NCBI GenBank assembly: GCA_040752415.1
Contig: JBFMGU010000168.1
Coordinates: 1-23,716, forward strand
Direction of reading: 5' to 3'
Source: Myxococcota bacterium
Lineage (GTDB): Bacteria; Myxococcota; JACRCW01
DNA: 23,716 bases
Below the pieces are notes generated by a model. It had not been told where the DNA came from. It saw nothing but the letters and a program-made list of their open reading frames with translations, and made no database searches. Each line of letters opens with the position of its first letter. The first letter of the stretch is position 1. Below are positions 23,130-23,716 of this stretch, in pieces. Position numbers and translations under genes: made by a program.

Positions 23130-23716
23130 ATGGTCCTTGCCAAACTCAGCCAACAGGCCTGTCGTGGGTGGTGGTTTCTCGTCGTCATCCCGGCGCTGTT
23201 GAGCGGCAACGTTGCATCCGCGCAAAACAAGCCCAGCGTGGCCATCACCAACCTTGTTGCGCAGTACGGCGTGGATCCCGGAATGGCCGTGCTCCTCACG
23301 GAACAGCTCGCGGAGGGAGCCCGTCAGACCGGCGCGTTCTCCCGGGTGATCAGCGCCTCGGAGCTTGAATCCATCGTCGGAGCGGCGGCAGCGCAGCAGA
23401 TGTCCACCTGTGATTCCGAGGGCTGTCTCGTGGAGCTGGCGGGCGGCCTCGGCGTCGAGTTCCTGCTGCGCGGCAGCCTCGGGAAGATCGGCCAGTCCTA
23501 CGTGTTCAGCGCACGTCTCATCAGCATGCAGAAGGGTGTGGCCGTGGCCTCCGTCTCCGAGCGCATCCGCGGTGACACCGAGGAAGTCGTGCTCGACGCC
23601 GTGGGGACGATCCTCAAACGGCTGCTTGAGCAGGCAGGCCTGGCCCCCGCTCCCGAGCCCGCGCCCGTCGTCGCGCAGCCGCCGCCACCCGCGCCCACGC
23701 CCACGCCCGCTCCGGC
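23130..23716 (+). CDS. Partial secreted protein with TolB-N/CsgG-like alpha/beta domain and Pro-rich linker (runs off window)
   Basis: Translated by hand (absent from the ORF track because there is no stop): GGAG SD at 23121, MVLAKLSQQACRGWWFLVVIPALLSGNVASA^QNKPSVAITNL...CDSEGCLVELAGGLGVEFLLRGSLGKIGQSYVFSARLIS...PAPEPAPVVAQPPPPAP. Confidence 0.8.
   Translation, partial: MVLAKLSQQACRGWWFLVVIPALLSGNVASAQNKPSVAITNLVAQYGVDPGMAVLLTEQLAEGARQTGAFSRVISASELESIVGAAAAQQMSTCDSEGCLVELAGGLGVEFLLRGSLGKIGQSYVFSARLISMQKGVAVASVSERIRGDTEEVVLDAVGTILKRLLEQAGLAPAPEPAPVVAQPPPPAPTPTPAP

Overview
GC-rich bacterial DNA whose protein families (Cys/Asp-rich lipoproteins, ESEPND/PPC-type proteins) suggest Myxococcota (inference). 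It holds 11 complete CDSs and one partial CDS. The left part is housekeeping-like: an M1 zinc aminopeptidase with an unusual N-terminal extension, a pseudo-receiver/Fis-HTH regulator, a long-form Lhr helicase, a BON-domain protein and nadC. The centre is a cluster of three probable surface lipoproteins with flexible linkers. The dominant one is about 2489 aa: a Ser-rich stalk, five 6-Cys modules, a Cys-rich block, then 56 tandem C-x18-C Asp-rich units in strict A/B alternation, resembling a thrombospondin type-3-like calcium wire. It is flanked by a two-PPC-domain lipoprotein and an FG-GAP beta-propeller lipoprotein. The right part has dapF (possibly leaderless), a lipoprotein gene 6 bp upstream of a YfhO-like GT-C membrane protein, and a partial secreted protein missing from the ORF track. 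I saw no rRNA, tRNA, CRISPR array, mobile element or defence system. The best candidate for something undescribed is the giant repeat lipoprotein and its neighbours.
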